Assembly: GCA_047967505.1 (NCBI GenBank)
Contig: CM106538.1
DNA from: Dipteris shenzhenensis
Taxonomy: Eukaryota
Reading direction: 5' to 3' (one strand)
Length of the DNA stretch: 64,000 nucleotides
The notes under the pieces are model-generated. The model saw only the letters and a program-made list of their open reading frames with translations, was not told the DNA's origin and did no database searches. A program made the position numbers and the translations under genes. Positions 10,552-25,594 of the stretch are shown here, piece by piece. The stretch's first letter is position 1; each line of letters starts with the position of its first letter.

Positions 10552-13500
10552 ATGGATCCATCTCCTATATGCACATTCAGCATTGAAGAGCTTACAAGGG
10601 ACTGCCAAATCTTAAAGGACTAACTTGCCACCACTATAGAGGCCAGCACTTCTCAAGCACAAGTCTTGGACAAATGGTCCAATTGAGAGTGCTCTCAATG
10701 GAAGCAAGAACGGAAGAGGGAGAGAGAGAGAAACAAAGAGCCACACAAGTTTTGGTGGGTGCAAAACCACCCTAATCTTCTTTTTCATTCATTTATATAT
10801 GTGTTTGAGTATTGTACATAACCGGGGTAAAGGCACAGTGACCTTTAACCCCCACAACCTCCCACTTAAAGGACAATGTGCCTTTAAGGGAGAACAAGCA
10901 GGGAGCATACTATCCAATGCCCATCAATACATGACAGTACTCAAACCGCGGACTAGGTAGACTCTTTGTCAGCATATCTACACGGTTATCATCTGTATGA
11001 ACCTTGACAAGCTCTATGCGCTTGTCCTCAAGTACCTCCCTAATGAAATGGTACCTGACCTCAATGTGTTTGGTCTTTGCATGAAAGACCGGATTCCGTG
11101 CCAGCTGAATAGCACTCATGGAATCACTATGCACCTCTATGAATCCCCAAATCTCCCACTAGCCAATCAAGCCATATAGCCTCCTTGCAACCCTCTGTGG
11201 CTGCAACATACTCAGCCTCTGTGGTAGACAAAGCAATGCACTTTTGTGCGCGAGACATCCAGGACACTGCACCACCTACAAAGATGAACACATAACCAGA
11301 AGTGGATCTCCTACTATCCACATGCCCTGCATAGTTTGAATCTATGTACCCAAGTACACGCATGTCTCCTCTACCAAAGTAGATGCACATCTCCTTGGTA
11401 CCCTTCATGTACCTCATGATGCACTTAACTGCCTCCCAATGCCTCTTTCCTGGATTAGCCATATACCGGCTAATAACTCCCACTGCAAATGCAATGTCTG
11501 GTCTAGTAGCTATCATAGCATACATAAGACTCCCCAACCGCTAATGCATAAGGAACCTTGGCCATCATGGCCCTCTCCTCATCTAATTTGGGACTATCTG
11601 TATGACTCAGTTTCACATATGGAGGCAATGGAGTACTCACTACCTTCCCCCCCTCCATAGTAAAATGTTGCAATACTTTTGTAACATACTCCTTCTGTGA
11701 AAGCCAAAGGAGTTTCCTACTCCAATCATGCGTGATGTGCATACCAAGAATATGACCAGCAAGTACCAAATCCTTCATATCAAAGGCTGCATGCAACTTG
11801 GCCTTTAATGCAACTAGCTCATAAGTATTCTTGCTAGCCAATAGCATATCATCCACATATAGTGCCAGGATTATTAGGCTAATATCCTTAGCCCTTTTAG
11901 CATAGAGGCAGTGATCAATTTCACTCCTAAAACCCTAGGACCGAATGAAAGCATCAAACTTCTGATACCATTCTCTAGGCGCTTTCTTAAGACCATAGAG
12001 ACTCTTCTTTAGCTTGCAAACTAAATGCTCTTTGCCCTTTTCTTCAAAGCCTTCTGGCTGCACCATGTAAATTTCCTCATGCAAATTCCCATGCAAGAAA
12101 GCTGTCTTAACATCCATTTGCACAAGCTCCATATCCTCTCCTGCCACTAGTCCAAGCATGCATCTAAGTGTGGCCATCTTCACAACCGGAGAGAATATCT
12201 CATCAAAGTCCACACCCTTCTCTTGCTTAAACCCTTTAGCGACCAAACGGGCCTTGTACCTAGGCACATCATCACCTGTGATGTTCATCTTGTAGACCCA
12301 TTTACATGGCAATGCTTTCTTTCCATGTGGCAAAGAACAAGTCCCAAGTCTTATTCTTCATAAGTGAACTCATCTCTGATTGCATAGCATACTCACACTT
12401 GCATTGATCCTTGCACAACATAGCCTCTCTGTAGCAAGAAGGCTCCCCGCAATCAGTAAGCATCACACAGTCTACCCCTGGAACAAACCTATCAGGTGGT
12501 CTAGACACTCTACATGATCTTCTCAAGGGCATTTCAGCTTGCTATCCCACCTACATATCAGCCACATTTGTCTCATCATTTCCACCAATAGATGATCAAT
12601 CATCTACCCTTGATTGTATACCTGTGGGAGCACTTGGTGGTACCATTTCTTGCACATTTGGTGCATGGACAGCTTGCTGTCTATCAACATATGCAAGTGG
12701 ATTCACATCCTGGAAAGTGATTCTCCTCATTTCCACATCCCTCATGGGTGCCTTAGGTATCTTCTTCTCTTGAAGACTACATCATGGCTACGTATGATCT
12801 TCTTTGCTTCTGGATCCTAGAGACGATAGCCCATCTCTCCACTTTCACCATAACCCAGAAAGATGCATTTCGTAGACTTAGGATCTAGCTTCTTTCGAAG
12901 CTCTTTCGGCACATGTGCATATGCCTCACACCCAAATATATGCAAATGAGAGTAAGAGGGCTTCTTGCCACTCCATGCATCTTCAGGAATACCACCATCC
13001 AAACTCTTACTAGGTGATCTATTGATCACATGCACTGCAGTCTTCATTGCCTCAGCCCAAAAACCACCAGAGAGATTTGCATTGGAAAGCCTGCATTGCA
13101 GCCTTTCTTGAATGGTACGATTCATCTTTTCTACAACTAGATTTTGCTCTAGAGTATGAGGGGATGTGAGCTCCCTCTTAATCCTACATGTATCACAGAA
13201 ATGCTAAAAGTCGTGAGAGAGATACTCTCCACCATTGTCAATCCATAGGCATTTAAGCATTCTACCTGACTGATTCTCAACCAAGGCCAGCCATTTTTGA
13301 AATACTTGGAACACATCACTCTTCCGAGCTATAGCATAAGCCCACACTTTCCTAGTTGCATCATCAATGAATGTCACATAGTATTCAGCCCTGCCTAATG
13401 ACCGTGTAGGCATGGGACCACATACGTCTGAATGCACCAAATCAAGCTTTTCAAACTCTTTCTTTCCCCTTCTTTTATGGGCTGATTTAGTCTGCTTCTC

Positions 13501-16500
13501 ATAGAGACAATGCTCACAAAATTCAAAATTAGAAAAACTCAAATGCGGTACATAACCCAAACGGCATAAGAGTTCAATTCCATTTTGGCTCATGTGCCCC
13601 AACCTGCAATGCCACAAAGAAGTGCTTGGCTGCTCGGTTATTGCAACAACATGATCAAATACCCCTGATACATGTAAGGGATACAAAGTCCCACACTTGG
13701 CACCCCTGGCCAAAAGCATAGAGCCCTTTTGAATTTTCCAACTCTGAAAGCCAAAAGTGGTGTGAAAACCAGCATCATCTAGCTGACCCACTAAAATAAG
13801 ACTCTTGGTCAACTTAGGCACATCTCACATGTTTCAAAATAAATGTAGACCCATTTGCAAAAGAAAACTTTATGTCACCTACTCCCACTATGTCACATGC
13901 ATAGTCATTTCCAAGATGCACACAACCTGTCTTTCCACTGTCATAAGTGGAGAACCATTCCTTGAGGGGCCTGAGGGGAGTAACATGGAATGAAGCACCA
14001 GAATCCAAAATCCAATCCTGGGAATATGCATCATCTGAAGTGGTAAGCAACTTTGCAGATAAACTAAACATGAATAGAACGTCATTATCACTATCATGTG
14101 TCATTGCATTGATCTCCTCGATCTTCACTTTTCCTTTGTCCTCCCTTGGACTCTCTTGCTTTTGATTTGCACCCCGATTTGCATTCTTTTTCTTATCCTT
14201 TTGCTCTCTTTTCAGCTTGTAGCCTTTTTCATATGGTCCTTCTTGCCACAGTGGTAACACTCAATGTTCCATGCCCTGGATTTGCTACAAGACTTTCCCC
14301 TTTCTTGGGACTTCCCCCTGAACTTTGATCTGCCCCTTTGCACATTTAAGGCTGCATCCTGCTTGTTGTCATCCATAGACTTCCATCTAATCTCCTCAGT
14401 CAACATGCTACCCACAACATCATCAAATTTCAGTATTCCACCAGGTGCAGAGTTATTGACAGCTATACGGAAGGTATCCCATAAGAATGGCAATGAAAAT
14501 AAGAGAAATATTGCCTTAGTCTCTGCATCAAAATTCATCTTTTGAGCCTAAAGCTGGCTGAACATAATATTGAATTCATTCAAGTGAGAAGCAATGGAGA
14601 CCCCTTCCTTCATCTGTAGCTTAAACAACCTCTTCATGAGGTAAACTTTATTAGAGGCAGTTTCCTTCTCATAAGTGGCACACAGTTTCTTCCACAAATC
14701 TTCCGTAGTCTGCTCATTTACTACTGTGAAATAAACTAACTCTGCAAGATGAAGTCTAATAGTAGACTTTGCTAATGCATCCAACTCATTCCAATCATCC
14801 TTAAACATATTTCCAGGCTTAGCTTCAATCCCTGCCAAGGGTTTAATCTACTTGATTTGAATAAGCACATCCCTTATCTGTTCTTTCCACAAAGAAAAGT
14901 TTGTCCCATCAAACTTCTTAATGTTGAAAAACTCCTTTTTAGACATGGAAGAGGATGCCATGATGCAGATAAAGAAAAATCCCAAATGCTAGTGCCTGCA
15001 AGAGAGAATCACACCAAATACTAGGTGCACCCAAATGTGTACACCACAATAGACTGAAATATCACCAAAACTCAAAGCTTAAAGCATCAAAAGATGCAGC
15101 TGACTCATGTGCATGTACTATGGATCCATATGAGCAAATCTAGCCCAAAAGAAAATGCCAACTGCAATGGTAATCTGAAATGCCAATAAGTGCCAAATGC
15201 CTCAAGCATAAACACCATCCATGGGCATAAGCATCAATAATATCTCATCCAAGAGAGCATAACACTATCAGTGCATCAACTGCAATGTGTCAAAGCTATC
15301 CCTCAGCATAAAATAGCATCCATGTGCAAAGCGTCCATAAAAAATAGCAACCCACCAGGCAATCTGGGCTTATTAGCGCATCCAATAAGGATCGCAATGC
15401 ATTTAAATGGCCTATAAATCATCCACTACAACCTAATGCACACCACAAATGAGCGCACATGGCTCAAATTACAACCAGAGTGATCTGCATAAGGTATGCT
15501 CAAGAAATCATGGTCCCACAAAAAAGATCGCTATTGAAAATAGAACCTAAGATGCCTCAAAACATGGGCACCATTGCATAATCGAACTCAGCAAGAAAAT
15601 TTGCAAATATCTCTCTTCTGCCGAAACTCCAAAATCCCAACCAATGAGTGAGAAATGGAAGTCAACACTTATCCACTGCCATGTGGCATAAATCTAAGGT
15701 TTCAAAAACTTAGAATGAAAAATGCATAACAGAGAGACGAAATCGTATACACAGAGATCTATAACTCTAAAAATACTCCACCGAATCATGCAAGAACTGA
15801 CAGGTAGGGATTTTTGGGCGTCCCAAACGCAATGGGACAAATGGTTTTGGAAACCGTGGTCTCAATCACTGGGTCCAACACACGGATTGAAAAACATTTT
15901 TGGAAATAGAGCTATTTGTAAACTCCACCAAAGTGCGAATGATGAGCAACATAGAAGTTTTAGGACCTCCTAAGTCCACCAGAACTGATAGATCTGCAAA
16001 TGGTTGCTCCAAACTTGAGTTCCAATACCCGGGCAAAAAAACGCAGAAACTGACACAATGAGTCAGAAATCCAATGAAATGATCCCAGATTCAAGAATGA
16101 AGGTGTTTCTAAGCTCTTTAAGTGAAGTGGACACCAAAAGCAAACAATAGTTGCCTCTACAAGTCAATACAGAGTCTCTATCATCGAACGAAACAAGGAA
16201 AAGCTTAAAAAACGACTTTTTCTTTGAAAACACTTAACAGGCTCTCAAAACCACTTCGCAAAGCCAAAGTGACTTTTCCAAAGGTTCCTCCAAGGTCTCT
16301 ACACACTTGGATGCAAGTAAAGTCACCCACAAAGCTTCCCACAGAGCTTTTCCTTCCTCCCACAAAGCTCCTGAGCTTCCAAGCATTCACACACGCTCAA
16401 CTAGATCACCTGGGCTCTGATACTAGTTGAGAGTGCTCTCAACAGAAGCAAGAACGGAAGAGGAAGAGAGAGAGAAACAAAGAGCCACACAAGTTTCGGT

Positions 16501-18588
16501 GGGTATAGAACCACCCTAATCTTCTTTTTCATTCATTTATATATATGTTTGAGTATTGTACATAACCGGGGTAAAGGCACAGTGACCTTTAACCCCCACA
16601 CCAATACCACTGAAGTCATTCCTCAACAAGCGTAGGTCACCTTGCAAATAAAAAAGCTTAAGGAGGCATATACATCCCTCTACCATAAGGGGAAAATGGA
16701 TGAGATGCAATCCCAAAATATAGTCATCTCAAAGCTTGAACTCCAATTGTTAGTGCAAAACAATGAGACAATGGAAGACACCACCAATGAAGTCTCACTA
16801 CAATGCACAATGGTGGTGTACCAAGAGCTTGTGGCCACTCTACAAGTAGAAGATCACCTAAAAGCATGAGTGCTTATCCAATGGAAGCAAATCCAACTCA
16901 GGATCATATCCGCTCATCCAAATATCAAATGGGAACATTCCATAGGGGCAAAAATTCTGTGCAAAATTTTCCAAGACTTGTCCGAAGATGAAAAAAATAT
17001 CTTATGCATGTCCAGACACGCTGAGTTTATAGCACTCAAGACAGTGGTGTACCAAGAGCTCGTGGCTGCTCTACAAGTAGTAGATGACCTAAAAGCATGA
17101 GTGCTTATCCAATGGAAGCAAATCCAACTCAAGATCGTATCCTCTCATCCAAACATCATATGGGAACTTTCCATAGGGGGAAAAACTCTATGCAAAATTT
17201 TCCAAGACTTTTTCGAAGATGAAAAAAATATCTTATGCATGTCAACACATGTCAGGTTTATAGCACTCAGGGTGAATGCTTTCTTTCATCACATATGTAT
17301 GCCTCATGGGCAGTCCTCCCCTTAGGGTATTGTTGGTTTGTTTCCATTTCTACAAAATCCATCACTATAATCTACATGGCATGATATAACCAACATCCCA
17401 CCCTTGCAGCAGCTGATGATCACATTACACCAACAAAAAGAAGTGTCGAAACATGACATGGCCTATCTCACATCTAGCTTCCCATATCTAACCACTCTCT
17501 ATGCCAATCTCATAACTCACTTGCCCTTGCTGCTACCACCCTCTTAACCTTCCTTCAACTCCAACCTAACATCTACTCCCTTCATTGTCTCTTTGCTCAA
17601 GCCTCTCACCACTTTCAACTAACCCAATAGTCGCAAACTTTCAACCTCTCACACCTAACTTCTTTCCTTCCCTTGCTAATCCTACCCCTGAGGATTACAA
17701 GATGCTCAAACCATTTGCCTAATTCTTCCCTCCCTCCCCTCTGATTCCCCTCTCACAACTAACACTCTATTTGATTTTGAATATCAAGATCTAGATAATC
17801 CAATTCACAATCCCATGCCAAATTCCAATGATGGGTATGATTTGGTATAGTACCAGTTCCCAGTAATCCCATCAAGGATTTCTAAAACAAATATCCTGAT
17901 ATGAAAACTCGAGGTGGATGGACCCTAGAAAACTTCCCTACCAGCATTCATCAGCACCAAATTAGTGAAGCTTGGATCAGTAAGTTGGATCCCCAACCTG
18001 ATTGGCCCTACCCCAAGCTCTTTGATGTAATCTTCTCGAAATAATACCTATGTGCACCTCCATGTCTCAGAAGACATCCCAAGTTCTATGCAGTTCCACG
18101 ACGGCACAAATGGGAGGCCAACATACACACTTTGGGTGAGATCGCACCAATAATTGGAAATGATCGAGCCATACTCTAGTGTGAATGGAACATCCAAGGC
18201 ACACTAATCCAAGCACTTCAACAGCATGTGAAAATAATGTGCAGCAACATTGATTGCATCCTTCGTCAAAGTGCTATCTTTTGCAAAACCTTAGAATACA
18301 TTTTGGAGGTCCCCATCCACATTGACCGCCATCTTCCTACACTTAGCTTCAATCCCAATGAATGGATTGATGTTCAGACTACAAGTTGACTCTATCAAAG
18401 ATTCATCTTCTTAGAAGCACGCTACATATCTTTGTTCGAACAAATGGTGGATACATGCTTCCTAGAAACAGAGCAAAAGTTATATGGGTGTAAGGCTTTA
18501 CACTACAGGTACACCACAAGTTCCATGGCCACTGGGTTACGCGCATGGCATCCATGATCATAATAAGCCATAACCTGAGGATGGGTAA
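10552..18588 (+). pseudogene. Decayed long ORF of unknown family, interrupted by element B (segments 10552-10683 and 16606 onward)
   Basis: Excising element B and one TSD joins MDPSPICTFSIEELTRDCQILKD*LATT...DKWSN in frame to TTEVIPQQA*VTLQIKKLKEAY... and to ORFs 16642-17325. The right boundary is uncertain. Confidence 0.5.
10684..16600 (-). mobile_element. Ty1/copia element B (Tnt1/Tork-like), full length but degenerate
   Basis: 173-bp LTRs at 10684-10856 and 16428-16600 (about 8 differences). TSD CCAAT. tRNA-Met PBS at about 16414-16425. Order gag-PR(WILDSGAS)-IN-RT-RH, with many stops and frameshifts. Confidence 0.96.
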
Positions 18589-18612
18589 TAAAACGGATCC
18601 GGGGGTATGTTG

Positions 18613-21600
18613 TGTGAAGATAGTGGGAGAGAGGGAAGGAGTCTCACTTGAGGCTTTCTCACAATCACAATGGGGGAATACACACAAAGGTGGAGGCTGA
18701 AAATAGTTTTCCTCTTCTTAGTTGTAAAAGCCAAAAGAACTCAAGTACAAAGAAAATAGAAGAACCCTATATGTGGGTCTCAAACCAAATTCAACTAACT
18801 AAGGTGGCATACTAACTGAGCCACAAACTAGAGTAGATAAGGATAGCTGTCATCCAGCTATTATTCGTGGGCGGTGTACCAACCGCATCTCCAACTAACA
18901 AGTCGGTGACATAAATGCACAACGGTCACCCTGGCATATCGCGAGTGGAGCTCGATATCTCAACACTCCCCCTCGAGCTCAATCCCAATTCTTGCACACC
19001 AAGTAGGTCTCTGAACTTGCGCAGCTTCTCTGCGCCCAATGCCTTCGTGAATATGTCAGCTACCTGATCCTCTGTGCTGACATAAACTAGATCAATAAGA
19101 CCTAGTAAAACCTTCTCCTGCACATAGTGATAATGCACCTCAATGTGCTTTGTTCTAGCATGATAGACTGGGTTATTTGCCAAGTGTATACTGCTCATGT
19201 TGTCATAATAAATGACAACTGACCCATCTGTAGACTGATACATATCATAGAGTAGCTTATGCAACCAAGCTACCTCACATGCAGCCATTGCTGCACCCTT
19301 GTACTCAGCCTCTGTGCTCGACAAGGCAACTGTAGGCTGTTTCTTGCTGCTCCAAGTGACTGCAGCACTCCCAAAAGAGAACACATATCCACTGGTAGAT
19401 CGTCTATCAGAAATACTAGCAGCCCAATCAGCATAAGTGTATCCATGCAACTGTATCTGAACCCAGCCTCATAAAATAGTCCATATTGCAATGTGGACTT
19501 CACATACCTGAGTATGCGTCTAGCCGCATCCAAATGCGGTTTCCTTGGAGCCTGCATAAACTGACTTACCAACCCAACAGCATAGCTCAAATCTGGCCTG
19601 GTAATAGTCATGTAAATCAAACTTCCTACTATGCGTCTGTACATAGTAGGGTCTTCCAGAAGCTCACCTGCATCTGCGCTCAGCTTCACATTCTGCTCCA
19701 AAGGAACTGAAATAGGCTTACAGCCTGTCATCCCATATTTGGACATCATGTCCAATCCATATTGCCTCTGCAAGAGCTATATCCCACTTGGTGATCTAAT
19801 CACCTCAATGCCCAAGAAATAACGCAGCTCTCCCAAATCCTTCATCTCAAACTTCTGCCTCAATAGCATTTTCACATGAAGGATATCTTCATCACTATCA
19901 CCTGTGATGATCAAATCATCAACATAAATGACAAGCAACATAATCCCTTTCTCTGTTTTTCTCACATAGAGTGAGAAATCTGCCTTGGAAATCTAAAAGC
20001 CAATAGTGACAAGATACTGTCCTATCTTGTCAGACCATGCTCTAGGTGCTTGCTTCAAGCCATACAAGGCTTTCTTCAACCTGCAAACAAACTCAGGATG
20101 AATAGCATGAACATAACCTGCTGGCTGCTCCATAAAGACCTCTTCTTGCAAATCACCATGCAAGAAGGCATTCTTTACATCCATCTGATGTAAAGACCAT
20201 CCCTTTGATGCAGCCATAGCAATGGCTGCTCTTACGGTTGCCATCCTTGCAACCGGGCTGAAAGTTTCTTCATAATCAATGCCATATGTCTGTGCATACC
20301 CCTTGACAACTAATCTTGCCTTGTATCTATTCACAGAACCATCTGCATTGTGCTTGATCTTATAAACCCACTTACAGCCAATTGCATTCTTGTCTTTAGG
20401 CAAAGGCACCAATTCCCATGTAGCATTTGCATCCAAGGCATCCATTTCTTCATCCATGGCTTTCTCCCATTTTTCATTTCCCATGGCTTGCTCAAAAGAA
20501 GTGGGTTCTGGTTCCTGTACCACTTTGACCATATAGGCATAGTGAATGGCTGTAAATCCATCATATTTCAGCCTATCCACAGGATACCTAACCCTGGTAG
20601 ACCTGCACAAAATAGGCTCACTTCCAGGTGCTCTCAAAACATCCCTGGTCTTCCTTACTCCAGGTGTAACAACAGAAGGAATACCCAACTCATCATCAAT
20701 GCTCTGCTCTGAGCCACTGGATTCACCATCCACATAAGAGTGACCTGCATTCACATCAAACATGGGCTGATCTACCTTCTCTTTTCCTTTTCGTGATACC
20801 TGCGTACCACTATCTGCATTGCTTTGAGGAGATTCTCCTGATCTCAATCTACCTGTCCATGGCAAAGTATGTGAACCACTGCTAGAGGACACTGCAGGTC
20901 CACTGATATTTTGTGATTGCTTCTGTGAATTTTGTGCAGCATTACCATTTTGTGCATCTACATCAATCATCACATTTACTGGTTTATACCAGTTGCTCAT
21001 CTCATCAAAAACAACATCTCTGCTCACAATGAACTTACGTGTAGAAGGGTTATAGCATCTATATCCTTTCTGCTGCAGAGAATAACCAATAAAGACGCAC
21101 TTCTCAGCTTTTGGATCCAACTTGGACCTCAACTCATCTGGCACATGGACATAGGCAATGCAACCAAAAATTTTCAAATGAGAAATATCTGGTTTCCTAC
21201 CAGTATACATCTCCTCTGGCGTCATGCCATGTATTGCTGCAGTGGGAGTCCTGTTCATTATATAAACTGTTGTAGCAACTGCTTCAGCCCAATAATAATC
21301 TGGTAGATCTTTTTCATTTAGCATAGCCCAAGATACCTCTCCAATATGCCTGTTTTTCCTTTCTGCAATTCCATTTTGCTGTGGGGTATGACTGCATGAA
21401 TATTGCTGCTTTATACCATGCTCCTGTAAGAACCTTGCAAACTCATTTGAGAGGTACTCTCCCCCTCCATCTGACCTTAGGCATTTTATTTGCAGGCCTG
21501 TTTCTTTTTCAACCATAGCTTTGAAAGCTTTGAAGTGCCCAAACACTTCACTTTTCTTTTTCATAAAATACACCCAAAGTTTCTGCTGAAGTCATCAATA

Positions 21601-24131
21601 AATGTGACAAAATAGTGACAGCCTCCAATAGATGCAGCTTTAGTAGTCCACACATCAGAGTGGATTAATTCCAATGGCTTTTTACTCTCTTGAACATGCC
21701 TAAGAAAAGGTTTCCTTGCCTGTTTCCCAAATTAACAGGCTTCACAAACCTTGTGCATTTCTGCAACCTTGAATTTAGGCAATCCTGCAACAATATTTTG
21801 GGCTTGCATTGATTTAAGTCACTGTATATTAACATGACCAATGCGTTTGTGCCAGATATCAATATCTGCAACTACACCGGTCCCATGTGCAAACATTACT
21901 GCACTCAATTCAAGCATGTCCACATCCAACGTAAACATCCTGCCCTTCTTCTTTCCTTTTGCTATCAAGCGACCATTATTTTTCATATCCTCAACAAAGC
22001 ATCCATGAGGATTAAATCTGACCTGCAAGCCCTGCTCAACCATCTGACCAACAGAAACCAGGTTCTTGGTGATGTTCGGGACATGAAATACATCAGACAA
22101 GTATTTCTTTTTCCCATCGTGCATAGACAAAGAAATTTTGCCAATCTGCACAATAGGATGTGCAATATCATCACCAGTCTCCACAAATCCTGGTTTTTCC
22201 ATTTTCCTTGCATCCTGCATCCATTCATCATGACCTGTCCATGTGGTTTGATGCACCTGAGTCAACATACCACACATCATTGCTTTCTTCTGCACTTGTC
22301 ACAGAATTTGTCATATGTTGCACCATAAACAAATGCTCATTTCTGTCATCACCCTGTCTACTAGAGGATGCATAATTGCCTTGCTGCAATTTTCCATTCA
22401 TAATGTCATTCTACTTTTTGTAGCAGTCTTTAGCCATATGCCCCATTTTACCACAGTAGTAGCATTCAACATTGCTGTTTGCATTTTGGCCTCTCTGCCA
22501 TCCACCACGACCTCTTTGGCTCCCCCTGCCTCTAGAGTTACCACGTCCTCCTGCATAGGACTGGTTTTCTTGCATTTGCTGCATATTCTAATTTCTACCA
22601 TGGCCTGCAGATCGGCCTCCTCTACCTCTGCCTCTACCTCTGCCAGCATTTGAGTAGAAGACAGTTTCTTTTGAAGTTCTTGCTGAAGAAGATGCACCAC
22701 CATTTCTCTGCTCTTCAAAAATTAGAAGAGCAATCAACTCCCCAAAATCAGGAGATTTTTCACGGACGGCAATGGATGTCCGGAACTGTGCATAATCCTT
22801 TCCTAGACCATTCAAGGTCACAGAAACTAAATCGTCATCATCCACTGGCGACCCAATGGAAGCAAGTGCATCCGCAATTTTCTTCACCTTCATGTGGTAG
22901 TCATTGATGCTCATATTTTCTCTCTGCACATTGTGCAGCTCCTGCTTGAGCTGCATTTTCTTGGCTTGCGTATTTGTGCTGTACATTTTTGCCAAAGTAT
23001 CCCATGCCTCCTTTGGCATACTTGCATCCTGAATATGCACAATCATGGAGTCCGAAATACTGATAGACAGCCAGTACATAACTTTCCTGGCTCTCTCATG
23101 CCATCCTTTGAATGCCTGCATTTCCTGTTGATTGGGAACATTAGGAAGAATAGGTTCTTCTTCATTTCCTGTAATGAACTCCCAATAGCCTTTTCCTATC
23201 AAGAAATTCGTCATTCTAAACTTCCATGCCTGGAAGTTGTTCTTGTCAAGCTTTTCAGTGACAATCTGTGAAAGAGAATCAGATGCCATTACAGAACACT
23301 GCAAAATATTCTGTCACTGCAAAAAACACAGCTTTTGCCTCACACGGGCAGATCTGCAAAACTGACGAAAGTGGTATTTCACCACACAGTCACTTCCTAG
23401 TGACGATTTTGCATCAACAAGCAACAAGCATGAATCTGCAACTCCCAATATCTCTGCACACAGGCATACGATGCAATTTCTGCGGCAACTTTTCACCGAC
23501 TAACCGCGCAATGGTCGCACAACCAAAACAGGGCCTTTTTCTGAGTGCCTGTGAAGAACTTCCGCCTTCAAAACGGGCCCCAAAATATACTGCACTCTCG
23601 CCACACCGCGAAGGGCGTCTCAATCGGAGACAGTGCACTCTTGCACTTTTGGCTATGCTACCTGCAGAGATTTGCTCCCGAACTCGAAATAGGAAAGCAA
23701 CACTAGTCCTCTTACCAGGACACCACGAACTTGGCTTGCTTTCTTGTGCTCCTTACCACGAACAAGGCTCTGATACCATGTGAAGATAGTGGGAGAGAGG
23801 GAAGGAGTCTCACTTGAGGCTTTCTCACAATCACAATGGGGGAATACACACAAAGGTGGAGGCTGAAAACAGTTTTCCTCTTCTTAGTTGTAAAAGCCAA
23901 AAGAACTCAAGTACAAAGAAAATAGAAGAACCCTATATGTGGGTCTCAAACCAAACTCAACTAACTAAGGTGGCATACTAACTGAGCCACAAACTAGAGT
24001 AGATAAGGATAGCTGTCATCTAGCTATTATTCGTGGGTGGTGTACCAACCGCATCTCCAGCTAACAAGTCGGTGACATAAATGCACAACGGTCACCCTGG
24101 CATATCGCGAGTGGAGCTCGATATCTCAACA
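18613..24131 (-). mobile_element. Ty1/copia element C, full length
   Basis: 353-bp LTRs at 18613-18965 and 23779-24131 (about 5 differences). TSD TGTTG. PBS TGGTATCAGAGC at 23767-23778 and PPT next to 18966. gag 22588-23304, IN/RT 19993-21573, YVDD in 19777-19965, RH 18926-19450; several frameshifts. Confidence 0.97.
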
Positions 24132-25594
24132 TGTTGTCTCTATGCTAACATGGACTTAGTGTTGAGAGTTCATGCTCAACATCATGTGATCATGTGTGCA
24201 TAGCACCGTCACATGATCATATGTGCATAGCACTAACCTTATAGAGTGCTATAAAGGAAAGGGTTAGATTGCCTAACCCTAACCCTAAAAGGGTTTGTAT
24301 ATACAACTAAATCTAGTCATTTGTGGTGTGCTCTCTAGCTGTGCCCTCTCTCCTCATCTCCACTCTTCTCCTTTCCCCTCTTCATATTTTTTCATGGTAT
24401 CAGAGCTCCCTTGCCTTCCGCTGAGGCATTGCTCTTCTTGTGAGAGTGAGAGAGATTGAGAGATTGAGAGGTTTCTATCTTTCATTCCGTTGATGAAAGA
24501 TTTCTGTTGATGTGAAGAAAATTTCTGTCCAAAGTTTTGATTTGATTTGAGAGCTTCTTGAGGTGTGAGAGAAAGTATCTTCTTCTTCAATCTTTGAGTG
24601 TTTTTGGAGAGATTCAGTGAAAGAAATGGAGGTTTTGGATCTGTGAGAAAGAGAGCTGGGAGGTTTCTAATTCCAAATATGCGAGAAAGAGAACTCTGTA
24701 CTTTCTCTTAGTACTAGTGATCCTTTGAAGGAGAGAGAGAGTGCCATAGTTTTTAAAACCTACAAGCAAGTGAAGGAGCTCCAAGCTCACAACACCTCAT
24801 GCTCAGCACTGGCTCATAGGCTGCTCATCGATGATAGAGAGTACAAAGCCAACGCTCCAACAGGACACTCCTCCAACTGCTCTTCAATGCAACACACAGC
24901 CAACGGGCTCGACAGAAGCCTCCATCGATAGCACATGCTCAGCCAGTGAGCCCATCACCTCACAATAGAGGCACTCCTTCAGCTAGCATGGGCTTCTCCT
25001 TAGCTCTATGCTCAACCGCCTCCAAGCATGTTCCAACAAGTCGCAGTAAAGGCGAGCCATAGCACACGCCATCAACGAACTCAGCGGCTCCCATATGCAC
25101 CAGTAGCTCATAGCGCATGCAACACGACTCCACGGAGCTCACGGGCTCTGAGATTTATCAGGCAGCAAGGGTTGCTCTCCAATGCTCGTGACTCAATCGG
25201 CCGACCAACATCGACTATGGCCTCCAATCGTCTCCTCTGATTGCAAGCATCTTTCCAGCAAGCCTAAACGGGCCTACACGTTCGTCTATAGTGGCCTCTC
25301 CAACAACAACAAAGTAGCCAGCTCTAGCACAATAGCCCAACGTGCCTACGACCTTCTACTCCAGCCATAACGACCAAATAGCAGCATCGTGGCTCTAACC
25401 CAACCTACTACTCCAGAATGCTCCTGCCTTCTCTGTAAGTAGCTCCATAGTTGCCATCATCTACTCCAACCCCGGTCGACTCGAGCTCACATGACATTTG
25501 CAAGCTCCAACCGAACTCCAGCGACGCTCTCCAGCATAGAGAGAGCTCTATCTCTCTCTCTAGATAAACCCCAGTTAAGTCGGTTGGTTAGATC

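Noticed and set aside
18570-18590. TSD for the inverted-arm element
   Set aside because: No convincing direct repeat with the flank after 43952, so the superfamily is left unassigned
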